A DNA stretch of 64,000 nucleotides, taken from Promethearchaeota archaeon (lineage in GTDB: Archaea > Asgardarchaeota > Lokiarchaeia > Sigyniarchaeales > SOKP01). The position numbers were made by a program, and so were the translations under genes. How positions within the stretch are numbered: position 1 is the first letter of the stretch; every line of letters starts with the position of its first letter. Location: NCBI GenBank assembly GCA_019894975.1, contig JAGXNO010000013.1:1-64000 (forward strand). Direction: 5' to 3'. Positions 15,054-26,563 of this stretch are shown piece after piece. The notes below the pieces were generated by a model. That model made no database searches, was not told the origin of the DNA, and worked only from the letters and a program-made list of their open reading frames with translations.

Positions 15054-15491
15054 TTATTCTAAAAGTTCTGCTCCGAGTTCCGTGGCAAGACCCTGAATTT
15101 CGCCAAATGCTATTGCATCTTGAAGATTTCCCTCAATGACAAGGTCTCCAGACATGTATGCGCTGGTAGAATCGATTTCACCAGCACTTAATCCGGTCCA
15201 AGTTGTCTGAGCTGCTTTCATAGTAACAGTTGCGTCATCATTTGAACCTTCACCATAATCAACTGCACCTTCACCAAATTTAACCCAATATTTATAGTCT
15301 ATATCGGTAACTTCCATTTGGGCAATAATGGTGTCTATATCTTCCAGTTCTTCTTTGAATTCCTCGTTTTCTTGTCCGAGTTGTTTCATGAATTCGAATA
15401 ATTTTAGAGCATCAGAAGGCTCGCTTGGTCCTTTCTCTCTCATTGCTTTTATTTCATTAATTAAATTTTCATCAACCATTTTACAAATCAA
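15054..15491 (-). CDS. SCP2 sterol/lipid-binding domain protein
   Basis: AYMSGDLVIEGNL motif; likely start ATG 15479. Confidence 0.8.
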   Translation of the reverse strand: MICKMVDENLINEIKAMREKGPSEPSDALKLFEFMKQLGQENEEFKEELEDIDTIIAQMEVTDIDYKYWVKFGEGAVDYGEGSNDDATVTMKAAQTTWTGLSAGEIDSTSAYMSGDLVIEGNLQDAIAFGEIQGLATELGAELLE

Positions 15492-15617
15492 CCTAATTTT
15501 TTTTATGATGATTTAGTTACGGAATGCAATGTTATTTTAAAGTTTTTAAAGTTTTAATTCAAAATATACATTTTAGTCCAAAAGGATTTTTACTAATAGA
15601 AATAAATTCATTAAAAA

Positions 15618-16829
15618 CTATAAACTTAGGCAACAATTTTTATATTTCTTTCCTGATCCGCAGGGGCAAAGTTCATTTCTTCCTATTTTTTTTGATTTAA
15701 TATGTACTTGAGAATGAATTTTATTATTATCTTTTATAGTCTTAGCTATTATCTTGAAGCGAGGTAAGGTATAGGTGTAAAACTTTTTCCATCCCTTACA
15801 TAAAGGACTTATAATATCTAAATTTTGAAAATCATTGAATCGGAATTTTTGACAATCTCCATGACAAAACTGGATGAATGGGCACTCAATACAAGTTTTA
15901 TTCCATTTTGCTTTTGAGGAGCCAAAATCAAGAAATTTATTAGAATGAATTAAGGCATCCCAACTAGTTGTTTTCACATTTCCTAATAGAAGATCTTCCC
16001 TGACAAAAAAATCGCAAGGATATACACTCCCATCATATTCGACTACAAAATATTGACAACAATCATTTCCCATATAACAAACGCTATACTTTCCATAGAC
16101 CAAGTAATTTAAAATTGAATCGAATAAACGAATTGAGACTTTATTAACGTCAGTTTTTATCCAGTTATCAAATAATTCGCAAAGAAATGTTCCCCAATCT
16201 TCTCCTGTAATGGAATATGGTTTAAGGTTATAATATTCGTCAAATTCAACACAGGGGATATATTGATGATAGTAAAATTCGTGTTCTTTCAGGTATTGAT
16301 AAATTTCCGTGGTTTTCTTAACAGATTTTTCATTTACTAGAGTCAGAATATTGAATTCAACATCATTTTTTTTTAAATTCTCAATTCCACGCATTACTAA
16401 GTTATGTGTAGGAGTATTGCCTATCGTCTTTCTATAAAAATCATGAATGTCTGGTGGGCCATCTAGACTAACGCCAAGAAGAAATTTATATTCCGTAAAG
16501 AATTTTGCTAATTCGTCAGTAATCAATGTTCCATTTGTTTGAAGCCCATTACTTATGACTGCTCCCGGGGGTGCATGTTTAGTTTGAAGCTCTACGACTT
16601 TTTCCCAAAAATTAAGTCCTAATAATGTCGGTTCACCTCCTTGCCACCCAAATGCATACTGATTATTTTGATCTGTCTGCATATAGCTAGCAATCATTGA
16701 CTCTAAAGAACTATCTGACATTCTGGGTTTTTTCTCGACTGTATCAAGATGATCAATGTAAAAACAATATTCACATCTTAGATTACAATCCGCTGAAACT
16801 GGTTTTATTAATAGTGAGAAAGATTTCAT
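15618..16829 (-). CDS. Anaerobic sulfatase maturase (radical SAM/SPASM) with C-terminal SEC-C motif
   Basis: CNLRCEYC, WQGGEPTL, YPCDFF, GRNELCPCGSGKKYKNCC. Confidence 0.93.
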   Translation of the reverse strand: MKSFSLLIKPVSADCNLRCEYCFYIDHLDTVEKKPRMSDSSLESMIASYMQTDQNNQYAFGWQGGEPTLLGLNFWEKVVELQTKHAPPGAVISNGLQTNGTLITDELAKFFTEYKFLLGVSLDGPPDIHDFYRKTIGNTPTHNLVMRGIENLKKNDVEFNILTLVNEKSVKKTTEIYQYLKEHEFYYHQYIPCVEFDEYYNLKPYSITGEDWGTFLCELFDNWIKTDVNKVSIRLFDSILNYLVYGKYSVCYMGNDCCQYFVVEYDGSVYPCDFFVREDLLLGNVKTTSWDALIHSNKFLDFGSSKAKWNKTCIECPFIQFCHGDCQKFRFNDFQNLDIISPLCKGWKKFYTYTLPRFKIIAKTIKDNNKIHSQVHIKSKKIGRNELCPCGSGKKYKNCCLSL

Positions 16830-16861
16830 TTTTTTTTGTTGTATACTATTTCTGTTTTTAT

Positions 16862-18637
16862 TTATTTTCCCTTAGCTATAACCAATTTGGTCATGTTTCT
16901 AAGCAGTGGAATGTAATTTTTGGGAAGAATTTTTTCAAAGATTTGTACCAATATATCTTCATCGATTTCAGTGGTTCCTTTCTTGTTAATCTCTTGTTCT
17001 ATTTGTAAATTAGTTGGTTTGTGGAACTGAGAGGGAATAAATCCCATAATAAGAGAATACATGCTTTTTCCTTTTTTATTCCATACAATTTCTGTATCTC
17101 CAATTTTATCTTTCATTCCTGAGCGAGTTTCAATTAGATCTAAATGATTATTTGTAATTTCACCATCATATGGGATTCCAAGACGTGTATACTGTTCAAG
17201 CGGAGAATCATTTTTCTTCATTTCTTCAATCAATGCCTTAATCATCCTTTTCTCAATGTCAGAATCTATTATTGGGTTTTCTTGATCGGGATCATTTTGA
17301 AGATCAAAAAGTAAACTACCAAAAATGTAAGGATTTATATATTGAGTTCTTGTGTTAGTTCTCATAAGCTTAGTTCCTTTCGTAAAACTAAAGGGATCTG
17401 CCAACTCGATTGTTTTCAATTCATTGATTGAAAAAAATCCACGCATATGGGTAGGCATAAGTGTATAATCATAAAGGGGTTTATTTAGAAGATTTGTGGG
17501 TCCTCTCATGTAAATATATCTCCCATCCGTTATGTTCACATGAGCTCCATGGGTTCCAAATAATAAATATTCCCTTACTTTTGCATCTGAATTAATTGTA
17601 TCGTTTAAAACCCTACCCTGCATATCTTTTGTACGATTTATTCCAAAAAACTCGAGGATTGTAGGTACTATATCTGTAGTTTGCACAAGAGCACTTCTCC
17701 TTTCACTTTTTTTACTCGATCTTGGATCCCAGATGAATAATGGTATTTGTGCGATCTCATTATATATAGGTTGTACTCCTTTTGCCCACCAATCTTTTTC
17801 CCCTAAAAGAAAACCATGATCTGTAGTAATAATAAGCATTGTATCTTTCCACATATCTTTCTCATCCATTATATCAAGAATCTTACCAAGATACGTATCA
17901 CACATACTAACAGAGGCTGCGTATTCCTTTCTAATATGTTGTACTTGCTCTTCGGTTTCTGTTACAATCCCATAATTTGGCCAATCGAAATGAGGTCCGT
18001 CATATTCATGCTTGTATAAATCTTTATATTTCTGTTGCGTAAAATAGGGTTCATGAGGGTCAAATGTTTCGATATGTAGGAACCAGTTATCTTCTGTATG
18101 ATTTTTATCAATGAACTCCAATGCAAGTTTAAAAGTTCCTGCTTGAGGTTGATCTTCTTCTTTTTGCATATATTTTCTGTTTACCCAATCCTGTCGCCAA
18201 TGAGGCCACCCTTGTCGCATATTTGGTACGGTTTCAGGAATGTCAGGATCTTTTATTTCTCCTTTCCATGGGTCTCCTTCATGTCCCCGGACAATTTCCC
18301 ATGTATTATATCTATTATGATATGTTAAACCTCCATCTTCCCAATAATGGTAATGATCGCTTACAAGATGGGAATACACACTATTTTTCTTTAATATTTC
18401 TGGCATTGAATCATCATATGGTTCTATTGGCCCCCAACTTCTGTGTAAAAAGTTATGTCTCCCTGTGTGAAGCTCTCTTCTAGCAGGGATACACATTAAA
18501 CTCCCACAATAACAATTATCAAATGTTACTGTTTTCTCAGCTAATCTCTTAAAATTTGGTGCATGTACCCAATTATTATCATAAGTGGGCAAAAAATGTT
18601 TATTTAAGGTATCAAATAGAATAAATATTACTTTCAT
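16862..18637 (-). CDS. Cys-type sulfatase
   Basis: CIPAR..LHTGR signature, FDPHEP, TDHG; co-oriented with the maturase. Confidence 0.9.
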   Translation of the reverse strand: MKVIFILFDTLNKHFLPTYDNNWVHAPNFKRLAEKTVTFDNCYCGSLMCIPARRELHTGRHNFLHRSWGPIEPYDDSMPEILKKNSVYSHLVSDHYHYWEDGGLTYHNRYNTWEIVRGHEGDPWKGEIKDPDIPETVPNMRQGWPHWRQDWVNRKYMQKEEDQPQAGTFKLALEFIDKNHTEDNWFLHIETFDPHEPYFTQQKYKDLYKHEYDGPHFDWPNYGIVTETEEQVQHIRKEYAASVSMCDTYLGKILDIMDEKDMWKDTMLIITTDHGFLLGEKDWWAKGVQPIYNEIAQIPLFIWDPRSSKKSERRSALVQTTDIVPTILEFFGINRTKDMQGRVLNDTINSDAKVREYLLFGTHGAHVNITDGRYIYMRGPTNLLNKPLYDYTLMPTHMRGFFSINELKTIELADPFSFTKGTKLMRTNTRTQYINPYIFGSLLFDLQNDPDQENPIIDSDIEKRMIKALIEEMKKNDSPLEQYTRLGIPYDGEITNNHLDLIETRSGMKDKIGDTEIVWNKKGKSMYSLIMGFIPSQFHKPTNLQIEQEINKKGTTEIDEDILVQIFEKILPKNYIPLLRNMTKLVIAKGK

Positions 18638-18768
18638 GTTTTTCTCCTAAAAAAATTCAATTATCAATAATGTTTTAGGTATTTTAATCTTAATTTTTAG
18701 ATTATTTAATTTATGAAAATTTTTAATTTTGAGTTAACTTTTCAATTTAAAGAAAATTAATTGATTCC

Positions 18769-19530
18769 ATGTTTAAGCACGCAATCATAAGAGATGTTTC
18801 TAAAAATTTTCAAAATGGTATAACTACATCAAAACTTGGAAAGCCTGTATATAGTACAGCATTCTTACAACATAAAGATTATAGTGATGCTTTAGAAAAA
18901 TGTGGATTAAAAATTTTATCACTAAAAGCAGAAGAAAAGTCTCCAGATTCAACATTTGTTGAAGATACTGCTATTGTAAACGAGGATTTAGCTATTATTG
19001 CTAATTTGGGGGCACCAAGCAGGAAGGGTGAAGAAGTCGAAATTAAAAAAGTTCTTGAGAAGTTTTATAATATTGTTGAATCGATAGAGAAACCAGGAAC
19101 TTTAGAGGGTGGCGATGTTCTTAGAATAGAGGAAGATTATTTCGTGGGATTATCTCAGAGAACTAATAAAAAAGGAGCTTTACAGCTTAAAGAAATCTTA
19201 AAGACTTATGGATACAGTTGTTCCTTAGTTAAATTGAATAAGGTTCTTCACCTTAAAACAGGAATAGCTTATATTGGGGATGGAAATTTAATCACATCTG
19301 GTGAATTCGTTAAAAATCCTATCTTCCAAGACTTTAATATAATTAAGGTTGATAAGGGTGAGAGTTATGCTACTAATTGTATTAGAGTAAATAATTATGT
19401 TTTGTTAGCAAAAGGTTTTGAAAAACTAAAAAGGTCAATTTCAGGATTAGGTTATGATATCCTTGAAGTTGATATGACAGAATTTCGGAAAATGGATGGG
19501 GGACTTTCTTGCTTATCTTTAAGATTTTAA
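18769..19530 (+). CDS. Dimethylarginine dimethylaminohydrolase (amidinotransferase superfamily)
   Basis: FVEDTA, LEGGD, LHLKT, GGLSCLS. Confidence 0.88.
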   Translation: MFKHAIIRDVSKNFQNGITTSKLGKPVYSTAFLQHKDYSDALEKCGLKILSLKAEEKSPDSTFVEDTAIVNEDLAIIANLGAPSRKGEEVEIKKVLEKFYNIVESIEKPGTLEGGDVLRIEEDYFVGLSQRTNKKGALQLKEILKTYGYSCSLVKLNKVLHLKTGIAYIGDGNLITSGEFVKNPIFQDFNIIKVDKGESYATNCIRVNNYVLLAKGFEKLKRSISGLGYDILEVDMTEFRKMDGGLSCLSLRF

Positions 19531-19927
19531 TAAATAAGAGAAAATCTATTACTTTCATTAGTTTGTCTTTTCTTAGATTACATTCTTAAAGGTTCGAACT
19601 TTGCCTGAAGTTCATAGAATGAAACTAAATATAGAATCTAAACTAAATATTATTTAATAAACAAAACTAAAAAAAGGTCAAAAAAAAATGAATAAAAAAG
19701 AAAAAAGGGTTAGTAAAGTAATTGCCGGATACAATCCAGTTATTCAGAGCTTTATTAGATAATTTATATTTTGATTTTCTATTTTTTTAATTCTCTTCTT
19801 ATTTTTAAACTAATTTTTATAATTAAAAACTCTTATATTATCCTTGATTCTTATTTTGTAGAGTTGTTATTGAATTTAAAAAAATGTTAAATACAAATTT
19901 ATTAATTAATTAAATTTATAATTCTCA

Positions 19928-21595
19928 ATGTCAACAACCCAAGATCAATTTGATTCTAAAAAAGTTTATGAAAGAGCCTTATTTCGGGGCTGTGGCTATT
20001 CTTCTGAAGATTTAGAAAAGCCCAAAATTGCAATAGTAAATTCATGGAATGAAATTAATCCAGGGCATATCCATTTGCGGAAATTAGCTGAATTTGTTAA
20101 ACAGGGAATTAGAGAAGCAGGGGGCACACCTATGGAATTTAATACAATAGCCTCGTGTGATGGGATCGCTAATTCTGGGAATTTTTCAAAATATATCTTA
20201 CCTACGAGAGAAATAATAGCTGCTTCAGTTGAGTGCACAATAAAAGCATATAATTTTGATGGAATGGTTTTGTTATGTTCTTGTGATAAAATTATTCCAG
20301 GGATGCTTTTAGCTGCTGCTAGATGCAATATTCCCACAGTTTTTTTAACAGGAGGGATAATGGAAGCTAAGTCCTTTAATGAAGGTCCTCTTAAAGGTAA
20401 AACTTATGTAACTTCTGATGTAAAAGAGGCAATTGGCCAACATTTAGCGGGAAGATTGTCTAAGGAGGAGTTACTTTTAATTGAATCTCAAACATGTTGC
20501 TCCCCTGGAGCATGCAATATGATGGGAACTGCAAATACAATGGCATGCATTGTAGAAGCTATGGGGCTTTCTTTACCTGGATGTGCTACAATGGGTGCAA
20601 TTAGTAAGGAGAGAGAAAGTTTATCTAAAACTTCTGGTAGGATAATAATGAATTTAGTTAAGGAAGATATTAAAGTACTAGACTTTATTACACCTAAATC
20701 AATTGAAAATGCAATTAAAGTGGCTTTGTCATTTGGTGGTTCAACGAATATGGTTTTACATATGTGTGCATTATCATATGAGATTGGGGGATCACTGAAC
20801 CATTTTGATTTTGATTCTCTAAGTAAATCAGTTCCATTACTAGCAAAATTTAAACCCTCCTCAGAATATAATCTCACAGAATTTCATGAAGCAGGGGGAG
20901 TTGGCGTATTAATGAAAAAATTATCACCTGTCTTAGATTTATCGACTAAGAATATTTTAGGAAATAATTTAAAAGAGTATTTAAACTCTATTGAGATTTA
21001 TGATTTTCAAATAATTCGAAATTTTAAAGATCCAATCGAAAAAGAAGGAAGTATAGCAGTTCTTAAAGGTAATTTAGCTCCAGAAGGAGCAATTGTTAAA
21101 CAAAGTGCTATAAGTACTGAAATGAGACACCATAAAGGCCCTGCTAAAGTATTTGAATGTGAGGAAGAATTAAGAGATGCTTTGATGGAGGGTAATGTGA
21201 AAGAAGGTGATGTTTTAGTTATAAAATACGAAGGTCCTAAAGGATCACCGGGAATGAGGGAATTATCTCTACCAGCAGCTATTCTTGTTGGAATGGGTTT
21301 AGGTAGTTCGGTTGCAATAGTTACTGATGGGAGGTTTTCTGGGGCTAAAAGGGGTCCGTGTATAGGACACGTGTGTCCTGAGGCTATTGAAGGAGGACCT
21401 ATTGCTATTGTTCAAGATGGGGATGAAATAGAAATCGATATTGATAATCGCAAATTAGAAGTCTTAATTTCTGATAGTGAAATTGAAAAACGGCTAAAAA
21501 AATGGAAAAAACCTGCAGAGAGGATTAAAACAGGCTATTTGAATATTTATAAAAAAATCGTAAGCTCTGCGAAATATGGAGCATATTTACAATAA
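19928..21595 (+). CDS. ilvD: Dihydroxy-acid dehydratase
   Basis: CDG, CDKIIPG, GTANTM, GGSTN, TDGRFSG. Confidence 0.9.
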   Translation: MSTTQDQFDSKKVYERALFRGCGYSSEDLEKPKIAIVNSWNEINPGHIHLRKLAEFVKQGIREAGGTPMEFNTIASCDGIANSGNFSKYILPTREIIAASVECTIKAYNFDGMVLLCSCDKIIPGMLLAAARCNIPTVFLTGGIMEAKSFNEGPLKGKTYVTSDVKEAIGQHLAGRLSKEELLLIESQTCCSPGACNMMGTANTMACIVEAMGLSLPGCATMGAISKERESLSKTSGRIIMNLVKEDIKVLDFITPKSIENAIKVALSFGGSTNMVLHMCALSYEIGGSLNHFDFDSLSKSVPLLAKFKPSSEYNLTEFHEAGGVGVLMKKLSPVLDLSTKNILGNNLKEYLNSIEIYDFQIIRNFKDPIEKEGSIAVLKGNLAPEGAIVKQSAISTEMRHHKGPAKVFECEEELRDALMEGNVKEGDVLVIKYEGPKGSPGMRELSLPAAILVGMGLGSSVAIVTDGRFSGAKRGPCIGHVCPEAIEGGPIAIVQDGDEIEIDIDNRKLEVLISDSEIEKRLKKWKKPAERIKTGYLNIYKKIVSSAKYGAYLQ

Positions 21596-21606
21596 TATCC
21601 TTAATT

Positions 21607-22764
21607 ATGATAGATGAAAATCGTATATTAGAAATTTTAAATGAATTATCTTTTCCAAGATTATCCGGAACCCAATTTGAGCATGATGCTTACGATAAAG
21701 TGAAAAAGAGAATAGAAAAATTAGGTCTTTCTCCGAAAGGTCAAGAATTCGTGTTTAGTACTTTCTATTCAAGAATTTACCCACGACTAACTATAACACT
21801 GTTAAGTTGGTTACTTCTAATATTATCGATAAATTTAAATGTAATTTTCAATCTAGTAAATCTTTTTTTAATCGCAATTTTTATTACAATTGTAATTAAA
21901 CTAACACGAACTCCAGAAAAAATAAAATTAGGATATAAATATCATTCACAGAATTTATTTTTAAAAATTCCATCTAAATCACAAAAAGAAAATGCAGAGC
22001 ATAATATCTTCTTCTTTTCCCATCTAGATTCGAAAGGACAGAGATTCTCTATCAAAATTCGTATCCAATTATATTATTACTGGATTATCACATTTCCTTC
22101 AGCTCTCACAATTATTCTTCTAAATTCTTTTTATTTAAGCGAAGTTTCAATATTCTTATACATTTTAGAATTTTTGGTATTAAGTATTAATTTTATTTCT
22201 ACAGTTCTTCTATGGATTAATAGAACTAATAATGAATCTCCAGGTGCAATCGATAATGCTTCTGGAGTTTCATGCGTTTTGGAAATATTACATCATTTTT
22301 CTGATCCAAAAAATAGGTTAAACAATTTTACATTATGGTTTGTTTTTACTGGTGCAGAAGAGTCTGGGACTATGGGAGTAAGAAATTTTTATAATTATAT
22401 AAAGGATTTTGATAGAGAGAAGACATACACAGTTAATTTTGACTCTATTGGCAAACAAGTGACTTTATGGGATCATGGTCTCCTTAATAATAAGTATTAT
22501 AAATCCTTTAATTATATTTTAGAAAATAAAGAGATAATGAAATTGGCGAAGAAAACACATAGATTTTATATTGGTGCATATAGTGACGGCTTATTTTTAT
22601 TGAATAAGAAATTCAAAGGAATTGGTAATGGAGATAAAAGTAATAATAATTATATTCATTCTAAAAATGACAATTTTGATTTAATTGATGCTAGAGTTAT
22701 AAAAAAGCTCAGCAAGTTTTACAGCATTCTATTACAGGAAGTTGATATTGATTTAAATAAATAA
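21607..22764 (+). CDS. Membrane-embedded M28-family peptidase
   Basis: SHLDS, GAIDNASG, GAEE, NFDS; internal TM segments. Confidence 0.82.
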   Translation: MIDENRILEILNELSFPRLSGTQFEHDAYDKVKKRIEKLGLSPKGQEFVFSTFYSRIYPRLTITLLSWLLLILSINLNVIFNLVNLFLIAIFITIVIKLTRTPEKIKLGYKYHSQNLFLKIPSKSQKENAEHNIFFFSHLDSKGQRFSIKIRIQLYYYWIITFPSALTIILLNSFYLSEVSIFLYILEFLVLSINFISTVLLWINRTNNESPGAIDNASGVSCVLEILHHFSDPKNRLNNFTLWFVFTGAEESGTMGVRNFYNYIKDFDREKTYTVNFDSIGKQVTLWDHGLLNNKYYKSFNYILENKEIMKLAKKTHRFYIGAYSDGLFLLNKKFKGIGNGDKSNNNYIHSKNDNFDLIDARVIKKLSKFYSILLQEVDIDLNK

Positions 22765-22783
22765 AATTTTGTGCTGATTAAAA

Positions 22784-24343
22784 ATACAGTTTAAAAGTAA
22801 AGATTTAGGAACTGTTCTGACTCCCCCTCAAACAGTAGAATATATTATTTCAAGATTAGGAGAAATAAAAGAAGAACAAATGATCTTAGATCCTTGTGTT
22901 GGGCACGGAATTTTTGTAGAAAAACTAATAGAATCAGGAATTGCTAGGAAACAAATAGTTGCTTATGATATAAATTCGGATTTTAAAAGTGAGATTCAAA
23001 AATTAGGAGTTAAATTTAAGGTACAAGATACACTTCTAACACTTTTTCCTGACTCATATAATGAATTTGATTTCATTCTGGGAAATCCCCCCTACTTAAA
23101 TAAAGCAAGTACTTATGTTCGCAAAAATAAAGTAAAGCTGAGAAGTCTCTATGGAAAGATCAATGCGCATGAAACCTATTCCATGTTCATAGTGAATAGC
23201 ATTTGGCGTTTAAAGGAAGGAGGCAAATTAGGATTCATTACAAGTGATTCATTCTTAACTTTGAGTACTCATACAAAACTAAGAAAATTTATTCTAAATA
23301 ACTGCTTGATTAACCAAATACTTTTAGCTCCGAAAAATTTGTTTGATAATCAAGATGTTAGTACAAGTCCCGTAATTATTATGTTAACTAAATGCACGGG
23401 TAAAAGCAATAAAAATTTAAGACAGAATAATGAAATGAAGATTATACCCCGGGTAAGAAGAGAAGCTGAATATAAAAACCCGTCTAAAATTCATAAAATT
23501 ATCCAAAAAAAATATCATTTATTGCCATTTAATATTTTTTTCACGGATATAGAAGAAGAAATTATCGATTTGTTTGAACAATCACCAAGATTGGAAGAGT
23601 ATGTAAAAGGATTTATTGGTATGCATACTCATAATAATTTAAAATATATTGCTGCTGTAGAAGGTACAGATTTAGCCCAAATCTTTAAAAATCGTAATCA
23701 AAAAATACAGGAAGAGGAAAACAAGCACAGAATTATAACTAAAAAAGACTTAAATACAGAAACATGGAAGAGTTATTTAAAAAGGGGTGGAGCTGATCAG
23801 TATTATCGACCAATAATGGAGGCATTAGAATGGGGAAATAATTCAATTCCAATTTATGATATTCCCAAGAACGTTCCTTTTGAAGAAGAAGGTATAGTAG
23901 TGAGTGGTGTAAGTTCAAGGTTAGCAGCCAGATACATGCCAAAAGGGTGTTATTGGGATTCAAATAAAGCTATAGGTTTTATTATTAAAACAGATTCGAT
24001 CTCTATAGAATACACTCTTGGATTATTAAATAGCTCCTTATATAATTATTTAGCAAAAGGAATTATAAATAATACAAATAGTATCCAGTTAACAGGAATT
24101 CATGCACTTCCATTTATATTACCTGATAATGAAACAATCGAAAAAGTTGAAAAATATGTAAAAATAATATTAAGGAATAAAAGAAAAGATCAAAACTATG
24201 ATTATAAAAAAGAACAAAAACAAATTGACAATATAATCTTTGATTTTTATTCAAAAACTTTTCATTTTACTAAAGACCTCAAGAAGAAATTAGATGATAG
24301 ATATTCAGTCTATAGAAATGATCAATCTAAAATTGGTGATTGA
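22784..24343 (+). CDS. N6-adenine DNA methyltransferase (Eco57I/TaqI-like); start uncertain
   Basis: LDPCVGHG, GNPPY, LGLLNS. The frame stays open upstream of ATG 22880 to 22778 and encodes motif X (LGTVLTP), so the start is probably earlier (ATA 22784 is a candidate). Confidence 0.8.
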   Translation: MQFKSKDLGTVLTPPQTVEYIISRLGEIKEEQMILDPCVGHGIFVEKLIESGIARKQIVAYDINSDFKSEIQKLGVKFKVQDTLLTLFPDSYNEFDFILGNPPYLNKASTYVRKNKVKLRSLYGKINAHETYSMFIVNSIWRLKEGGKLGFITSDSFLTLSTHTKLRKFILNNCLINQILLAPKNLFDNQDVSTSPVIIMLTKCTGKSNKNLRQNNEMKIIPRVRREAEYKNPSKIHKIIQKKYHLLPFNIFFTDIEEEIIDLFEQSPRLEEYVKGFIGMHTHNNLKYIAAVEGTDLAQIFKNRNQKIQEEENKHRIITKKDLNTETWKSYLKRGGADQYYRPIMEALEWGNNSIPIYDIPKNVPFEEEGIVVSGVSSRLAARYMPKGCYWDSNKAIGFIIKTDSISIEYTLGLLNSSLYNYLAKGIINNTNSIQLTGIHALPFILPDNETIEKVEKYVKIILRNKRKDQNYDYKKEQKQIDNIIFDFYSKTFHFTKDLKKKLDDRYSVYRNDQSKIGD

Positions 24344-25248
24344 ACTTGAAAAAAATAAAAATACCTGTAATTCTTGATACAGATATAGGTTTTGATATTG
24401 ATGATACTTGGGCTCTTGGTTTATTATTAAAATGTCCAGAGCTTGATGTGAAATTAATTACCACAACATCAGGAAATACACTGATTAAAACAAAACAGGT
24501 TGCCAAATTTCTTGAAAACGCGGATCGCACTGATATCCCCATAGGAATCGGACCGAAAAATGGTAATGATGAAGAACCACTCTATGATTGGGTAAAGGAT
24601 TATAATTTATCAGATTATCCTGGTGTAATTCATGAGGATGGTATTGAAATCATTTCTGATATGTTACAAAATTCTCTTGAACCTACAACACTAATCGCTA
24701 TTGGACCATTAGGAAATATTGCTAAAGCACTCAGACTCAATCAGAAGATTATGGAAAAAACTCGATTTATTGGAATGCAGGGAAGCATTTACAAAGGATA
24801 TATGGGAGATCCTAATCCTGCAGTGGAATATAACGTTTCTAGTGATATTCAAGCTTGTAGAGAAGTTTTTCAAGCCTCATGGGAGAAAACAATAACTCCA
24901 TTGGATACATGTGGTAATATCATGTTATCTGGAGAGCGTTTCAAGAGAATTCTAGATTGTAGTAATCCGATTGTTGATTCAATCAAAGAATGTTATGAAT
25001 TATGGGCTCAAAAATCAGACCGGTTATATTTAATTACAAAAAAACAAACGTCTACGATTTTATTTGATACAGTTGCTGTTTACCTTGCCTTTTCCGAAGA
25101 ACTACTAAACATAGAAAACTTAAAAATTGAAGTTAATAAGTCGGGAAGAACTTTGATAAGTGAAAAAGGGAGTAATATACGGTGTGCAACTTCTTGGAAA
25201 AACGTTCAAGATTTTAAAGATCTAATCGTTGATCGCTTAACTAGTTAG
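24340..25248 (+). CDS. Nucleoside hydrolase
   Basis: DTDIGFDIDD, IGPLGN, EYNV, PLD. Confidence 0.88.
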   Translation: MNLKKIKIPVILDTDIGFDIDDTWALGLLLKCPELDVKLITTTSGNTLIKTKQVAKFLENADRTDIPIGIGPKNGNDEEPLYDWVKDYNLSDYPGVIHEDGIEIISDMLQNSLEPTTLIAIGPLGNIAKALRLNQKIMEKTRFIGMQGSIYKGYMGDPNPAVEYNVSSDIQACREVFQASWEKTITPLDTCGNIMLSGERFKRILDCSNPIVDSIKECYELWAQKSDRLYLITKKQTSTILFDTVAVYLAFSEELLNIENLKIEVNKSGRTLISEKGSNIRCATSWKNVQDFKDLIVDRLTS

Positions 25249-25274
25249 ATCACATTATTTTTATTTTAGATTTT

Positions 25275-26371
25275 CTAAAGCTTTTCTCCCTTGATTTCTT
25301 CTTCATATTGTTTTCTTTGCTCTTTCAAATATTCTGGTCTTGGGACATCCCACCAACCAACAGCAGGAGATCCAGTATAAGGATATTCTCTTTGAACTTT
25401 AATTTCAATAACTGCGGGTTTTTTTGATTTTGCTGCTCTTTCGAGAGCAGGTATGATTTCTTCTTTTTTGGAGATTTGCTCAGCATAGCATCCAAATGCT
25501 TCACCGATTTTTGCAAAATCAGGAGAATAACTTTTCCCATCTTTATATTCAAAAGCAGTTCCATAGCCTCGATCTTCCCCAAATGCAGCCTGTTGCAAGT
25601 CTTTTATCGCAATCCAACCATGATTATTAAGAACTACAAAGAAAATGTTTTCCAGTCCTAGTTGTACGGCCATAGATAGCTCTGAAATTGTCATCATAAA
25701 ATCACCATCCCCCACAAGCGCAACCACCTGTTGATTTGGATTACCGAGATCAATAACACCTAATTTGGCACCGATTGCTGCTGGAACGCTATATCCCATA
25801 GTTGAAAATCCTCCCGCGGTAAGACATGTTTTGGGTTTGTAAAATTCTAATTCTTGAAGCATTTGAGCTTGTACATTTCCAGAACTTGTTACCATGATTG
25901 CATCCTTGTCAAAAAATTTCCTAACTTCTCTTATTACAGTAGAAATCATTACAGGAACTTTAGAATCATCCCGATTTTCTTCAACGAATTTAAACCATTT
26001 TTTTTTCTCTCAATTTCTTGTAGCACGCCTTTCCCTCTCATATGAACATGAGTATCTCCTGTTATTATAAGACAAGGAAAAGAATCAACAAAAGCATCAG
26101 CAACGCCAATCGCAGTATTGATTGCACCTGGACCAATTGAAGTAAAAACACATAAAGGTTGTCCAGTAATTCTATAATATCCCACTGCGAGATGAACTCC
26201 GGACATTTCTTGTTTTGGTTGAATTAACTGAATTTTATCCTTATCCTTGAAGAAGGCATCTACAAGAGGAAGGTTACCATGCCCTGGAATTCCGATGACA
26301 TATTTAACACCTTCTTTAATAAGATACTTGGAGATAATTTCTCCTCCTGTGTATTTAGACATTATAACCAT
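25275..26371 (-). pseudogene. IolD-like ThDP-dependent enzyme, internally deleted and frameshifted
   Basis: N part has GIPGHGN and TSIGPGA; C part has GDGDF..NN and WWDVP. They are joined out of frame at an A9 run (25998-26006) and the central domain is absent. Confidence 0.75.
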
Positions 26372-26563
26372 TTTCTTTGATGTTTAGCATTATTATAATG
26401 TAATAAGGATAATAAGAAAAAAATAGTTAATGCAATTAAAATTTGAATTAATAATAAAACTTAATTTGAAAATTCTTATGCCCTCTCTTTTTATAAGGTA
26501 ATTAGCAAGAGATAGTCTTAAAGATTTATTAATAAACACAGTTCTGTAGGACTAAGAAGAAAA

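Noticed and set aside
19531-19927. Long intergenic region checked for a hidden tRNA or ncRNA (GGTTCGAAC near 19591)
   Set aside because: No acceptor or T-stem pairing found; mostly A/T tracts
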